From the NCBI GenBank assembly GCA_040218735.1, contig JAVJQW010000011.1:456426-520425 (forward strand): 64,000 nucleotides of DNA, read 5' to 3'. Positions 19,824-29,775 of the stretch are shown here, one piece after another (the first letter of the stretch is position 1; the number at the start of each line of letters is the position of its first letter). The position numbers and the translations under genes were made by a program. The notes beneath the pieces are model-generated. The model was not told the origin of the DNA. It was given only the letters and a program-made list of their open reading frames with translations, and made no database searches. The DNA comes from Deltaproteobacteria bacterium. GTDB lineage: Bacteria > Myxococcota > Kuafuiibacteriia > Kuafuiibacteriales > Kuafuiibacteriaceae.

Positions 19824-21106
19824 GGACCGCCGATCGCGAGGCGCGCACCCTGGGTCACGGCCGCCGACGAGTTGAGCTCACCGATCACGAACAGGCCGTC
19901 ACCGAGGCGCGAGAGGAGCCCGCGGAACCCGAGCACCGGGAGCACGCCCTGCGCTTCGCAGAGCCCCTGCGGATCGTGGAACCGTCCGACGCGGCCGCTC
20001 GCGAGGAGGAAGTACAGGCCGCCATCGGCGTCGATGATGTCGAGGACGAACGCGGAGGGCTGACGACCGACGGTCGACCATTCGTCGGCCTCGAAGCGTG
20101 TGATGGTCCCGTTCCCGAGGCCGACCATCGTGCCGAGCGCCGTCTGCGCGATCGAATGGACGACCTCCTCCGGGCCTGCGATGCGGCGGATCCTCCCGCC
20201 CCGCACCACGGCGACGTTCGTGGTCTCGTTCTCGACGATCAGGGCCTCACCCGGCGCGTGCCACGCGATGTGTTGCTCGCCGAACTCGACGCTCCCGTCC
20301 ACCGCGGTGAAGCCGTTGCCGTCGAAGTGCGCGACGTCGCCGTAGTCCGTCACCGCGAACAGCTCGATGTTGCGTGCCGCGTCGAGGTGCCCGTCGATGC
20401 GCACGTCGGTGAAGGACGAAGGGAACGCGTACTGCTCGGTGATGTCGACGATGCCGTCGCGCGTGAGCCGACCGCGGTACACCCGCCCGTTCGTCGCGCC
20501 GTACCAGACCGAGTCGTTCGCCGCGCGCCACACCGAGAACGGCGCGGCGCGACGCTCGAACGGGTTCGCGAGCATGACCGGCGCGCCCCCGTCGGTTCGG
20601 TACATCGTGATCTCGCCGGCGGTCTCCATCGCAAACACCACCTCGTCGCCGATCGGCTCCGCCCACTGCGGAAACCCCGGCACATCCCAGCTCGCGGTGA
20701 CCGCGGTGATCGGCGCGCAGAGCCGACGCAGGAACGACGACGACAACGCAGCGCTCGACGCCGGCTCCCAGCTCGCGAGCTCGCCGTCGACCACCAGGGT
20801 GAAGACGTCGTCCGGGTTGGGGAGCGACAGGCCGATCTCCCCCGCGGGCGCTGCGACGAGCGGGCCCACCGGGAGCGCTTCGTCGTCGTAGGCCAACACC
20901 TCGACCGCGGGGGCGCCCTCGGAGACGTCGAGCCGAAGCGCGAAGTCCCCCGGGTCCGCCGGGTCCAGCACCACCGGATCGGCACCCGCGACGTCGAAGA
21001 CGAACCGGCTCGCGTCCGGCGCCGGGGGCAGCGCGAGGAAGAGGTCGACGTCGGCCGGCGCGCATCCCGCCCCGGCGACGGCCAAGACCCACCACACCCC
21101 ACGCAC
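19820..21106 (-). CDS. Lipoprotein with probable beta-propeller (428 aa)
   Basis: GTG 21106, lipobox GAGC; blade-like repeats (SVWRAANDSVWYG, VAHFDGNGF); stop overlaps the start of the deaminase fusion gene. Confidence 0.7.
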   Translation of the reverse strand: MRGVWWVLAVAGAGCAPADVDLFLALPPAPDASRFVFDVAGADPVVLDPADPGDFALRLDVSEGAPAVEVLAYDDEALPVGPLVAAPAGEIGLSLPNPDDVFTLVVDGELASWEPASSAALSSSFLRRLCAPITAVTASWDVPGFPQWAEPIGDEVVFAMETAGEITMYRTDGGAPVMLANPFERRAAPFSVWRAANDSVWYGATNGRVYRGRLTRDGIVDITEQYAFPSSFTDVRIDGHLDAARNIELFAVTDYGDVAHFDGNGFTAVDGSVEFGEQHIAWHAPGEALIVENETTNVAVVRGGRIRRIAGPEEVVHSIAQTALGTMVGLGNGTITRFEADEWSTVGRQPSAFVLDIIDADGGLYFLLASGRVGRFHDPQGLCEAQGVLPVLGFRGLLSRLGDGLFVIGELNSSAAVTQGARLAIGGP

Positions 21107-21176
21107 GCCGCCCAGCTTAGGCGACGGCCCCCCTTTGCGAAAGCACACCGCGTCCGTCTACGCTGAAGATCCGCCG

Positions 21177-22388
21177 ATGGAGCTCGTCACGCTGGCTGTC
21201 TTGATCGCGACGATCGCCACCCTGCACCGGGTCGCGACCCACGCGAACGATTCGATGCGCGCGCTCCTCCCCTCACTCGACGATCCGCTCACCGGCGTCC
21301 TCCTCGCGGAAGGTTTCGTCGCGAAGAACCACCGCGCGGTCGAGCTCGCGCCACGCGTCACGAACATCCTCCCGCTGTCATTCGTGAAAGAAGTCGACGG
21401 CCGAACGATCATCGTCGAGCGCGAAGTCGACGCACGTGCGCAGACGATCGTCGTGCGCACCGTCGTCCACACCGCGTGGCCGGACACCGACGCCGTCGTG
21501 AACTGGACGCTCGAACCCGACGGCCTCGTCGTCGCGGGGCTCCTCTCCGGCGGCATCTCGCAGTGGGTGCACGAGGGAGCGACGGTGACGTTCGACGGCG
21601 CCGCACTCACCATGAGCTACCCGTTCACCTACGCGCGCCCCGGGAGCGTGCGGCGCGCCGTCGACGCCGTCCTCGCGTGTGCGGGCAAGCTCGACCGCGG
21701 CCCCGCGACGCTGCACGACTGGGCGTTCGAGGTGGCGACGAGTGACTCCCTCCCCTACGCGCGGCGGATCGCGACGACGAACCTGCTCGCGAGTGACCTC
21801 GCGGAGGACAAGAAGGCGCGCCTCGTCGAGATCGGCCGGACGGACCCGGACGTCGGCGTGCGCCTCGCGGTCGCGGCGCACACGGGGGAGGACGTCGTCG
21901 AGTTTCTCCGCCTCCTCGCGACCTCGGTAGAGGAGCCCGCGCGTGTCCGCCGTGACGCACTCGAACAGCTCGTCACGCAGACCGACGACACCCGCGCGCG
22001 CGACGCGCTCCTGCGCGCCCTCACCTGCGAAGACGGTCGCCGCGCGGATGCGCTCTCGACGTTGACCGAGCTCGTCGCGGAGTCCGACGAACACGCCGCG
22101 CGGGTGTTCGCGTTGATCGACGACGCCGCGTTGCTGAAGCCGGCGCGCCCGGTGCTGTGGGCGATCATCGTCGCCGCGGACGAGCCGCTCGCCATCCAGG
22201 CCGTCGACCGCCTGGGGCGGGTCGGTAACGGCAACGACGTCCGCGACCTCGAACGCCTCAACGCGGGTGCTCGCCTCGTCGCCTGCGCGGACCTCACCGC
22301 CGCGCGCATTCGGGAGCGCATCGGTCGGCACGGGTTGTCGATCGTGCAGTCCGAGCCGGAGGGCCGGCTCAGCGTCGTCGGCGAGTGA
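21177..22388 (+). CDS. Membrane-anchored HEAT-repeat protein
   Basis: N-terminal hydrophobic anchor; DPDVGVRLAVA, RVRRDALEQL, AVDRLGRVG. Confidence 0.65.
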   Translation: MELVTLAVLIATIATLHRVATHANDSMRALLPSLDDPLTGVLLAEGFVAKNHRAVELAPRVTNILPLSFVKEVDGRTIIVEREVDARAQTIVVRTVVHTAWPDTDAVVNWTLEPDGLVVAGLLSGGISQWVHEGATVTFDGAALTMSYPFTYARPGSVRRAVDAVLACAGKLDRGPATLHDWAFEVATSDSLPYARRIATTNLLASDLAEDKKARLVEIGRTDPDVGVRLAVAAHTGEDVVEFLRLLATSVEEPARVRRDALEQLVTQTDDTRARDALLRALTCEDGRRADALSTLTELVAESDEHAARVFALIDDAALLKPARPVLWAIIVAADEPLAIQAVDRLGRVGNGNDVRDLERLNAGARLVACADLTAARIRERIGRHGLSIVQSEPEGRLSVVGE

Positions 22389-22392
22389 TCGT

Positions 22393-23547
22393 CTACGGGA
22401 TGAAGCAGTGGTTCGGGAACATGCCCGGCGGCAACCCACCGACCCACGGCGAGGGCTGCCCGCGCGTGTGGTTGTAGTAGAACGGCAGGTACGCGCTCGG
22501 CGGCGGGTCGAACGGGAGCTGGTGCCCGAAGTCACCCACGCAGTGCATGACGAAGCTGCCCTGGCTCCGTAGCGCGCTCGACAGCGCGAGCGACGCCGAC
22601 TCGAAGCTGAAGTTGCCGTAGGTGTCGGTCGGCCCGCCCCAGAGCAACAGGCCGTTGATCGGCCACGAGGGTGTGGTGTTCGGTGTGTTGTCGCCGCCCG
22701 ACATCGCGACGAACCCGGCGATGTACTGCGCGCGGAACTGGATGAGCTGGCTGATGAACAGCGCGCCCATGCTGTGCCCCGTCACGAAGATCCGGTTCGG
22801 GTCGATGCTGAAGTTCTCGTACATGCAGGCGAGCACGTCGTCGAAGAGCTGCACGTCCTCGTTCACCCACTGACCGCCCGCGCCGGGCGCGGTGACCATC
22901 GAGACCACGTAGGAGTTGTTCGCGGTGACCTCGCCGAGGCCCATCCAGTCCATCGCGTGGTCGGCCTGCCCCTGCCACCAGTGCCACACGAACACGATGC
23001 CGGAGTTCTGCGGGTTCACGCCGGTCGGCTGCTGCATCAGGAACTGACGCGACTGCCCGCTCGACTGGATGGTGTTGAAGTTCCAGTTGTTCGGGTTGCC
23101 GCCGCGGTCGACGAACGACGGGCAGGTCCCGTTATAGACCGGCACACCGGTCGGCGGCGGGCCGGCGTCGCGGCGCGGCGCGGTTCCGCCGTCGCGGGGC
23201 GGCGGGTTGTTGCCGCCGTCGCGCGGGGGTTGGTTCACGCCGCCGTCGCGCGGGGGTTGGTTCTGGCCACCGTCGCGGAAGCCGGCGTCGACGACCTCGC
23301 CGATGCACTGGCAACCGGTCGCCCAGGCGCCACAGGTCTGGCCGGGGCCGCACATGCAGGTCTGGAGGTTGTCGAACGAGCTGCAGATCTCGCCGCCTCC
23401 GGAGCCGCCGTCACGGGTGCTGGACGTACCGCCGTCCCGGGCGGTGCGATTCCCGCCGTCCCAGGCCACGGGGTTGAAGTCGTCGCGGTCCGTCGTCCCG
23501 CAGGCCACGAGCGTGGCGATCATGGCGAATCCCAGTACGAATCGCAT
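22393..23547 (-). CDS. Lipoprotein esterase (PHB-depolymerase/LpqC-like alpha/beta hydrolase) with an RDGG-repeat linker
   Basis: Lipobox LVAC; IDPNRIFVTGHSMG; GPTD; GH near the C-terminus. Confidence 0.8.
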   Translation of the reverse strand: MRFVLGFAMIATLVACGTTDRDDFNPVAWDGGNRTARDGGTSSTRDGGSGGGEICSSFDNLQTCMCGPGQTCGAWATGCQCIGEVVDAGFRDGGQNQPPRDGGVNQPPRDGGNNPPPRDGGTAPRRDAGPPPTGVPVYNGTCPSFVDRGGNPNNWNFNTIQSSGQSRQFLMQQPTGVNPQNSGIVFVWHWWQGQADHAMDWMGLGEVTANNSYVVSMVTAPGAGGQWVNEDVQLFDDVLACMYENFSIDPNRIFVTGHSMGALFISQLIQFRAQYIAGFVAMSGGDNTPNTTPSWPINGLLLWGGPTDTYGNFSFESASLALSSALRSQGSFVMHCVGDFGHQLPFDPPPSAYLPFYYNHTRGQPSPWVGGLPPGMFPNHCFIP

Positions 23548-23643
23548 CGGCGGCGTCATCCTGCGCAGATAAGTCCACCTTGTAAACGTACAAGACGTGG
23601 ACGGACCCACGACCGATACGGGCCTCGGGCCGGATTGGGTCCC

Positions 23644-25902
23644 TCAAATCGGTCGCGCGAGCAGCTCGAGCAGCTCGACCGCGCGCACCATCAACCACAC
23701 GCCAACGCCGCACAGGAGGAACAGCCGGCACATCAACCAGGAGACACTCACCAGCTCCCCGGCCCAGGCCACGGCGAGGGAATGCTCGCGGCGGGTCTCG
23801 AAGCGCGACCGCTTCGCCGCGAAGCGCTCGCCGAAGCGGCCCCAGACCCCGCGTGCGTTCTCGATGACGGCGCCCCGCGCCGCCGCCAGGCGGGCGCGAA
23901 CGTCCCGCGCTGCGATCCCCAGCCCGAGCGCGGCGAGGACGCCCGCCCACGCGGTCGACACGTCCATCCACCAGGCCGCTTGGACGGAAACCGCCGCGAG
24001 CGCGAGCGCGGCGAGGAAGGAGCGGCGCCGGAGCCGCCACGCGAAGGCGAGCGCCACCGCGATCCCGATCACACCGAGCAGATTCCCCAGCAGCTCGATC
24101 GGCGCGCGGACGAAGGTGAAGCGCACCGACGTCGCCTCCCCCGCGTCGACCCAGTAGCGCCGGTACACGCGGTGCTGCCCGCGCTTCGGGATGCGGACCT
24201 GCACGGCCATCGCGCCGCTGCCCGCGTCGGTGACGAAGCCCTCCGTCGAGGCGGCCTCGAGCGCGTCCGCCTCCGCGTCCTCCGTGGTCTGGATGAACGG
24301 GATCGAAAGACCGGCGTCGTGCCACTGGGCGTTCTGCGCGAACCGCTGCGCGCGCACCGGTCCGTCCAGCTCGGTCGCCGCGTAGCCGCCCGGGACGTAG
24401 ACGTTCCATTCGAGCGAAGACACCGGCACGTCGAGCTTCGGAAGCATGAGCTCGCGTCGCCCGACGAGGGACATCGCGTCGACGTCGAAGCGATAGACGA
24501 CCTGCGCCTCGAACGGGACCAGCTGACCGTTCTCGCGCTTCGAGCGGACGAGCGGGAGGAGCACCCGGCCCGAGTCGTCGCGGCTCGGCTTGACGGGGCG
24601 GCCGTCGATCGTGGCGCTCTCGACGGTCGCCCGCGCGTCGATGTGCAGCGCGAGGTACTGCTCGAGGACGTTGCGCAGCTTCAACCGCGCGTCGGTCATG
24701 ATGCGACCGTCCTTCGTGACCACCGAGGTCGCGACGAGCTGATCCACGCCTCCCGTCGCCAGCGCTCGCTCGGGGTAGCGGGCGACGCGCAGCCACACGG
24801 GGCTTCGACGGTCCGCGTAGCGGAACGCGCGAACCACCGGCGAGACCGCGCTCATCACGATCTTCTCCGGGAGCTCGCGGACGTCGAGCGGCACGAGGCC
24901 GTCGCCCTCCACGCCTTCGACGGAGAGTTTGCCGGGGATCTCGATCGCGACGAAGCCGGTGTCGCGTTCGACGTCGAGGAGCTCGAGCACCGGCATCTGC
25001 ACGCGTGCCTCGTCGACGGCGAGCGTTCTCTTCAAACGAAGCGAGATCTCGTAGTGGTCGCGCATTCCGAACGCGGTCTCGCCTATGAGCACCGGCTTGT
25101 GATCGATGACCTCGATGCGGTGGTGGAAGGCGCCCTGCCCATCCGCGCTCACCACGTCGTAACCCGCGGGGAGCTCGACGCGGAACGTCTTCTGGGGCGC
25201 GTAGAGGATCGTGTAGTCGATCACCGAGAACAGCTCGATGCTCTCCCGCGACAGCGACACGAGGTTGTGTGTCTGGCCGTAGACCTTCGCGGGTCGCCCG
25301 GCGCTCGCGCGGACGTCGTGCAGGCCGACGATGTGGATCTCACTCGTCGGTTTCAACACCGCTTCGAGGCGGGTCCCGGTGTCCGTCGAGCGGACCTGCT
25401 TCGAGACCGCGGAGGCGATGCGGGGGGAGAGGTCCGGCGTGTCGAAGGTGACGTCGAGGCGCGTGACCGGGCTCGGGGCGACGGCGAACCGATACTCGAT
25501 CGAGCCGCGCGGGCCACGCGGCGGGACGACGAGCTCGACGACGAGCTGCCTGCGCCCGGGGCGCTCCGACGACCACGCCCAGCGGTCGTGCTCCGCGACG
25601 AGCGCGACCGGTTGTCCGTCTTCCTCGGCGGAGAGGACGACGACGTCGGAGCCGAGCACCGCGAGCTTCTGACCGGGCGCGGAGAACTGCGCGACCACGC
25701 GGAGCGAAAAGCGCAGGTTCCGGCCGTCGGAGCGGCCGGAGAAGATCGTCTCCTGGATGACCGGCGCGCGCGCGGCGGTTTGCGACTTCACCTTCTCGCG
25801 GAGCGCTTCGAGGTGCGCCTGGCGTTCGGTGAAGACGTCGAGCGGGACGCGGACCTCGGGGCCGGCGGCGACGAGCGCGAGGGCGATGGCGGGCGCGAAC
25901 AT
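23644..25902 (-). CDS. Large secreted beta-rich protein with C-terminal TM helices (752 aa), paralogue of the upstream gene
   Basis: ATG 25902 coupled to the upstream TGA; signal peptide; colinear motifs shared with 25902..28346. Confidence 0.75.
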   Translation of the reverse strand: MFAPAIALALVAAGPEVRVPLDVFTERQAHLEALREKVKSQTAARAPVIQETIFSGRSDGRNLRFSLRVVAQFSAPGQKLAVLGSDVVVLSAEEDGQPVALVAEHDRWAWSSERPGRRQLVVELVVPPRGPRGSIEYRFAVAPSPVTRLDVTFDTPDLSPRIASAVSKQVRSTDTGTRLEAVLKPTSEIHIVGLHDVRASAGRPAKVYGQTHNLVSLSRESIELFSVIDYTILYAPQKTFRVELPAGYDVVSADGQGAFHHRIEVIDHKPVLIGETAFGMRDHYEISLRLKRTLAVDEARVQMPVLELLDVERDTGFVAIEIPGKLSVEGVEGDGLVPLDVRELPEKIVMSAVSPVVRAFRYADRRSPVWLRVARYPERALATGGVDQLVATSVVTKDGRIMTDARLKLRNVLEQYLALHIDARATVESATIDGRPVKPSRDDSGRVLLPLVRSKRENGQLVPFEAQVVYRFDVDAMSLVGRRELMLPKLDVPVSSLEWNVYVPGGYAATELDGPVRAQRFAQNAQWHDAGLSIPFIQTTEDAEADALEAASTEGFVTDAGSGAMAVQVRIPKRGQHRVYRRYWVDAGEATSVRFTFVRAPIELLGNLLGVIGIAVALAFAWRLRRRSFLAALALAAVSVQAAWWMDVSTAWAGVLAALGLGIAARDVRARLAAARGAVIENARGVWGRFGERFAAKRSRFETRREHSLAVAWAGELVSVSWLMCRLFLLCGVGVWLMVRAVELLELLARPI

Positions 25903-28346
25903 CAGCGGACCTCCTTGGCGGTCACGAGGAGCAGGACGAGCCCGAACAGGCTCGCGGTGCTGAGGAGGAGTGGATAGGCGAGGAGCACCGAGAGCACGGT
26001 CGCCACGACGGCGATCTTCACGATGCGACGCGGGCGCCACCACGCCTCGACCTGGAGCGACCGGGTCCGCACGGCGTCGCGCGCGGCGGTGAGCCAGCGC
26101 GACATGAGCGGCGGGAGCACGACGAGCGCGAGGCCGACGTCGGCGCCGAGGACGGCGTGGCGGTGTACGCCGAGCACGTAGTGACCGACGAAGACGGCGA
26201 GCGCCGCGGCCGCGAGGAACGTGAGCGACACACTCGACAGCAGCGCCGGCACGAGGCCTTCGCGGCGCACGTGCGACGCGAGCCGGAACGCCACGAAGAC
26301 GAAGAGGGCGAAGAACGCAAAGCGGAGCCACGGCAGGAGGCTGCGTTCGACGTAGACGACGTCGACGACCGCCGGCTCGTGCTCGAGCAACACCCGCTCG
26401 AATCGATAGCGACGTCCGACCAGCGGGAACGCGGCGAGCGCCTCCGTGACGCGGGTCTTCTGCTCGCGCTGGAAGATGATCTTCCGCGACTCGAGGATGT
26501 TCTCGTAGAGGTGACCGCCGCCGGCCCAAGCGTGGTCGATGACCTCGACGTGCTCGAAGAACTGCTTCAGCCGGCGCAGCGGGTCGTAGCGGATGTTGCT
26601 GAGCTGCTGGAGGTTCGAGTCGAAGCGCAGCGGCTCGAACGCCTGCGGGAAGTAGTAGTGCCAGGTCGCGGACATCACGGGGATGTCGAGCGTCGGCAGG
26701 CGCGTGGTACGTGCGCCCGCGCGCGTAAGGGCGCCGGTCTCGACCTTGTAGGCGAGCTCGACGACGAAGTTGCTCTCCTCGAAGGTCACGTCGCCCGCGC
26801 GGTTCGGGATGTCGACGACCTCGCCGACGACGAGATCTTCGGGGCCGTACACACTCGGGTTTGCGTCGATGATCGCGTCCCAGCGATCACTCGTGCCGAA
26901 GTATCTGAGGGAGAGGCCGCCGAGGGTGTCACCCGGTCGAATTCGGTGACGTCGCTGCCCGCCGGTGATGCGCTCGGACTGACGCAGCGGAACGAGCAGG
27001 CGTTCGTCGTCGGCTTCGCGGGTGACGGCGGGGAGGAACGGCGCGCCGTCGATCATCGCGTGGGTGACCTGCGCGCCCTCCGGGAGGCGCATCGACAGGT
27101 ACTGCCGCGTGTTGTTGCGGACGTAGAGGCGCATCTTCGTCACCTCCAGGCCCTGCTCCACGAGCACCGTCGAGACCCAGAGGTCGTCGATCACCGCCTG
27201 CGTCAGATCGATCTCGTGGTTGGCGGTGCGCACGAGCCCGAGTGACGGCCACGCGGTGCGCGCGCGGTACGCGAACAGGAGCGGTTTGTCGGTGAGGTTG
27301 GCGAGCTGCTCGGGGACCTCGCGCGGGCGGACGGCTTCGGCGCCCTCCATCTTCGACACCTCGAGGTGGAAGCCGGCGCGGCCTTCGACGGCGACCCAGG
27401 CGTCGCGGAGCGTCGCGTCGGCGGGGGTGACGAACCGAACCTCGGCGGCGGTCGGCGAAGTGAGCGGCGCCTGGGCGCCGACGACGATCTGCACCTTGTC
27501 GTCGACGAGGTGTTTGAGGAGCACGACGAGGTGTCGCTTCGCGCCGCGCTCCTCCGTGTACCACTGCAGGATCGCGGGGCCCTCGACCGCCGTGACCTCG
27601 ACGCCGTCCGGGATGTGGGCTTCGACGCGGTCCGTCTCGCCAGCGACCATCGTGTAGGTGAGCACCGCCTGCGTGTGGACGAGCTCGGGCTCGAGCCGGA
27701 CGAGCCCCAGCGCGGCGGCCTCCATCTCTCTTGCCCGCGCGACGTCGTGTGTCGCGCGCCGGCGCCAGCGGACCCGGAGCCCGTCGCCGCCCGTGAAGTG
27801 CAGGCGGGCGCGGGTCTTCTTGCCGTCGGTGCGCAGCTCGTCGACGACGCCCCGCTCGACGTCGACGTCGACGTCGCGCTCGGGGAGGACGAGGTTCACG
27901 CGAGAGACGGGCGCCCGCGGGAGCGCGAGCGCGAGCGCCCGTTCGAAGCGGGCCTGCTCGCGGCCGGCCTGGAACCGGACCTCGACGCGGTGCCGTCCCG
28001 GCTTGGCGATCGTGCCCTCGTAGAAGGAAGGGCCGCGGACGAGAACGCCCGGTGCGCCGTCGATGGTGACCGACTCGAGGGAGGCGGCGCGGTCGAGGAG
28101 CGGGAGGACGGCGTCCTTCGTGTGGGTGTCGACGTCGAGCGTGACGGTCCCGAAGAGCACGCCGCGGACGAACTCGACGTCGAGCGTCCGGCGCCGCACC
28201 GCGTGGGGGAGCACGTCGGGCGCGTAGGCCTCCAGGCGAGTGATCTCCTTTTCGACCTCCAGCCACTGCTCGAGCGGGAGCACGACCTCCCCGGCCGAGG
28301 CCTGGGCGACGAGGAGCGTGAGGACGGAGAGCGGCGCGGGACCCAT
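25902..28346 (-). CDS. Large secreted beta-rich protein with an inserted LysM domain and C-terminal TM helices
   Basis: Signal peptide; LysM HRIRPGDTLGGLSLRYFG...WDAIIDANP...LVVGEVVDIP; several C-terminal TM segments. Confidence 0.8.
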   Translation of the reverse strand: MGPAPLSVLTLLVAQASAGEVVLPLEQWLEVEKEITRLEAYAPDVLPHAVRRRTLDVEFVRGVLFGTVTLDVDTHTKDAVLPLLDRAASLESVTIDGAPGVLVRGPSFYEGTIAKPGRHRVEVRFQAGREQARFERALALALPRAPVSRVNLVLPERDVDVDVERGVVDELRTDGKKTRARLHFTGGDGLRVRWRRRATHDVARAREMEAAALGLVRLEPELVHTQAVLTYTMVAGETDRVEAHIPDGVEVTAVEGPAILQWYTEERGAKRHLVVLLKHLVDDKVQIVVGAQAPLTSPTAAEVRFVTPADATLRDAWVAVEGRAGFHLEVSKMEGAEAVRPREVPEQLANLTDKPLLFAYRARTAWPSLGLVRTANHEIDLTQAVIDDLWVSTVLVEQGLEVTKMRLYVRNNTRQYLSMRLPEGAQVTHAMIDGAPFLPAVTREADDERLLVPLRQSERITGGQRRHRIRPGDTLGGLSLRYFGTSDRWDAIIDANPSVYGPEDLVVGEVVDIPNRAGDVTFEESNFVVELAYKVETGALTRAGARTTRLPTLDIPVMSATWHYYFPQAFEPLRFDSNLQQLSNIRYDPLRRLKQFFEHVEVIDHAWAGGGHLYENILESRKIIFQREQKTRVTEALAAFPLVGRRYRFERVLLEHEPAVVDVVYVERSLLPWLRFAFFALFVFVAFRLASHVRREGLVPALLSSVSLTFLAAAALAVFVGHYVLGVHRHAVLGADVGLALVVLPPLMSRWLTAARDAVRTRSLQVEAWWRPRRIVKIAVVATVLSVLLAYPLLLSTASLFGLVLLLVTAKEVR

Positions 28347-28403
28347 GTGGACGGGCGAACCCCGGCCCGATCCACGACCATTCCGTTAGGGTTCGTTTGT
28401 CGA

Positions 28404-29102
28404 TCAGGGCTCGGCGTCGAGCGCGGCGAGCCGAGCCTCGAGCGCAGCGGCGCGCGCCTCGGCGGCCGCAGCGCGAGCTTCCGCGGCCCCCGCGTGCTCC
28501 TCCGCCGCGTCGGCGCGAGCTTCCGCCTGCCGGCGCGCGTCGATCTGCTCCGCGAACGTCCTGAACGCGGCGCCGTCCGGCCCGAAGATCCGCAGCGTCT
28601 CCTTCAGTTCGAACCGAATCCGCAGACGCGGGCTCACGAAGCCGTCCATCGAGTCGACGTCCACGAAGCGCTCGCCCTCACGCACCCAGCCGGAGAGCGT
28701 CTCCCGCTCGGGGTCGTAGTAGTACAGCTCCTCGACGCCGTACTGCTCGTAGAACCGCAGCTTCTTGATCAGCTCCGCGGTGGTGTTCGACGGCGAGATG
28801 ATCTCGAAGACCACCTGCGGCGCGACGTCACCCTCCATCCACTGGATGTACGAAGGCCGAATCGCCTTGGGCCGCCCCAGCACGACGAACACGTCCGGCG
28901 CCATGCAGAGCTTCGGATCGCCTCGCACGGGGTACCAGAACATGTCGGCCCCGACGAAGTCCTCGAGCATCGCATCCAGGTTCCCCTGAATGGTCACGAG
29001 CCATTCGTACTGAGCGCCCCCCTCCGCCATCGGTTTGCCGTCGCTGGATGGATAGACGATGTCGTCTTCTACGTACGGCGCGCTGGCATGCATGTGGCGC
29101 AT
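28404..29102 (-). CDS. Uma2/DUF820 family PD-(D/E)XK nuclease-like protein with a coiled-coil tail
   Basis: YPSSDGKPMAE, APDVFVV, PQVVFEIISPSN, YEQYGVEELYYYDP; AEARA heptads. Confidence 0.92.
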   Translation of the reverse strand: MRHMHASAPYVEDDIVYPSSDGKPMAEGGAQYEWLVTIQGNLDAMLEDFVGADMFWYPVRGDPKLCMAPDVFVVLGRPKAIRPSYIQWMEGDVAPQVVFEIISPSNTTAELIKKLRFYEQYGVEELYYYDPERETLSGWVREGERFVDVDSMDGFVSPRLRIRFELKETLRIFGPDGAAFRTFAEQIDARRQAEARADAAEEHAGAAEARAAAAEARAAALEARLAALDAEP

Positions 29103-29134
29103 CTCGCGTTGAACTCTAACATGCGCCCTCCAAG

Positions 29135-29150
29135 ATCACGTCCCGTGCCA
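29135..29150 (-). promoter_or_regulatory. Possible sigma54 -24/-12 promoter for the Uma2 gene
   Basis: Minus strand reads TGGCAC-GGGAC-GTGAT; the -24 element is perfect and the -12 element is degenerate. Confidence 0.3.
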
Positions 29151-29252
29151 CGCGGGAGGTCGCCACGGCTCGCGCGCCGCGTTCGATAATCGAACTTTCG
29201 TCCGGATATCGAACTTCTCGTCGAACAAACCTCCGGATAAAGATCGAAGCGC

Positions 29253-29747
29253 ATGGACCTCGCCGGTATCGACAAGGCGGCGCTGATCGCCGCGATCGTC
29301 GCGCAGCTCGCCGCCGAGCTCGATGGGGTGCGCGAGGCCGCGAGCTCGGCGCGCGAGGGCGCGACGCACGAGGACGCGCAGCCCGAGAACCAGTACGACA
29401 CACGCGCGCTCGAGGCCTCGTACCTCGCCGGCGCGCAGACGGCGCGCGCCGAGGTGATCGAGGCCGCCATCTCCGTCCTCGAGCGCATGCAGCTCCGTGA
29501 CTTCGACGAGGACACGCCGATCGCGTTCGGCGCGCTCGTGCAGGTCGAGCACGACGACGGCGACGAGATCTACTTCGTCGCCCCGGAGGGCGGCGGCGCC
29601 AAGGTCCGCTACGCGGACCTCACCATCCGCGTCGTCACCCTCGCCTCGCCCGTCGGCCGCGCGCTCTCGAAGAAACGCGTCGGCGACGGCTTCGAGCTGA
29701 CGCTCAAGCGCGTCCGCCGTGAATACGAGATCGTCGCCGTGGCGTGA
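29253..29747 (+). CDS. GreA/GreB family transcription elongation factor-like protein
   Basis: N-terminal coiled coil with ATHE...ENQYDTRALEASYLA; C-terminal VVTLASPVGRALSKKRVGD. Confidence 0.85.
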   Translation: MDLAGIDKAALIAAIVAQLAAELDGVREAASSAREGATHEDAQPENQYDTRALEASYLAGAQTARAEVIEAAISVLERMQLRDFDEDTPIAFGALVQVEHDDGDEIYFVAPEGGGAKVRYADLTIRVVTLASPVGRALSKKRVGDGFELTLKRVRREYEIVAVA

Positions 29748-29775
29748 CCTCCGCGTTCGGCGTTACGATCCCCCC

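Noticed and set aside
25903-26529. Long overlap implied by ORF 23644..26529 (likewise the 5' extensions of 47219..49699, 10127..12118 and 2742..4208)
   Set aside because: Off-frame Arg/Ala-rich read-through typical of high-GC DNA; coupled starts with signal peptides exist downstream.
28404-29102. Uma2 nuclease as part of a restriction or defence island
   Set aside because: Common multicopy stand-alone family; no methylase or other defence genes adjacent.
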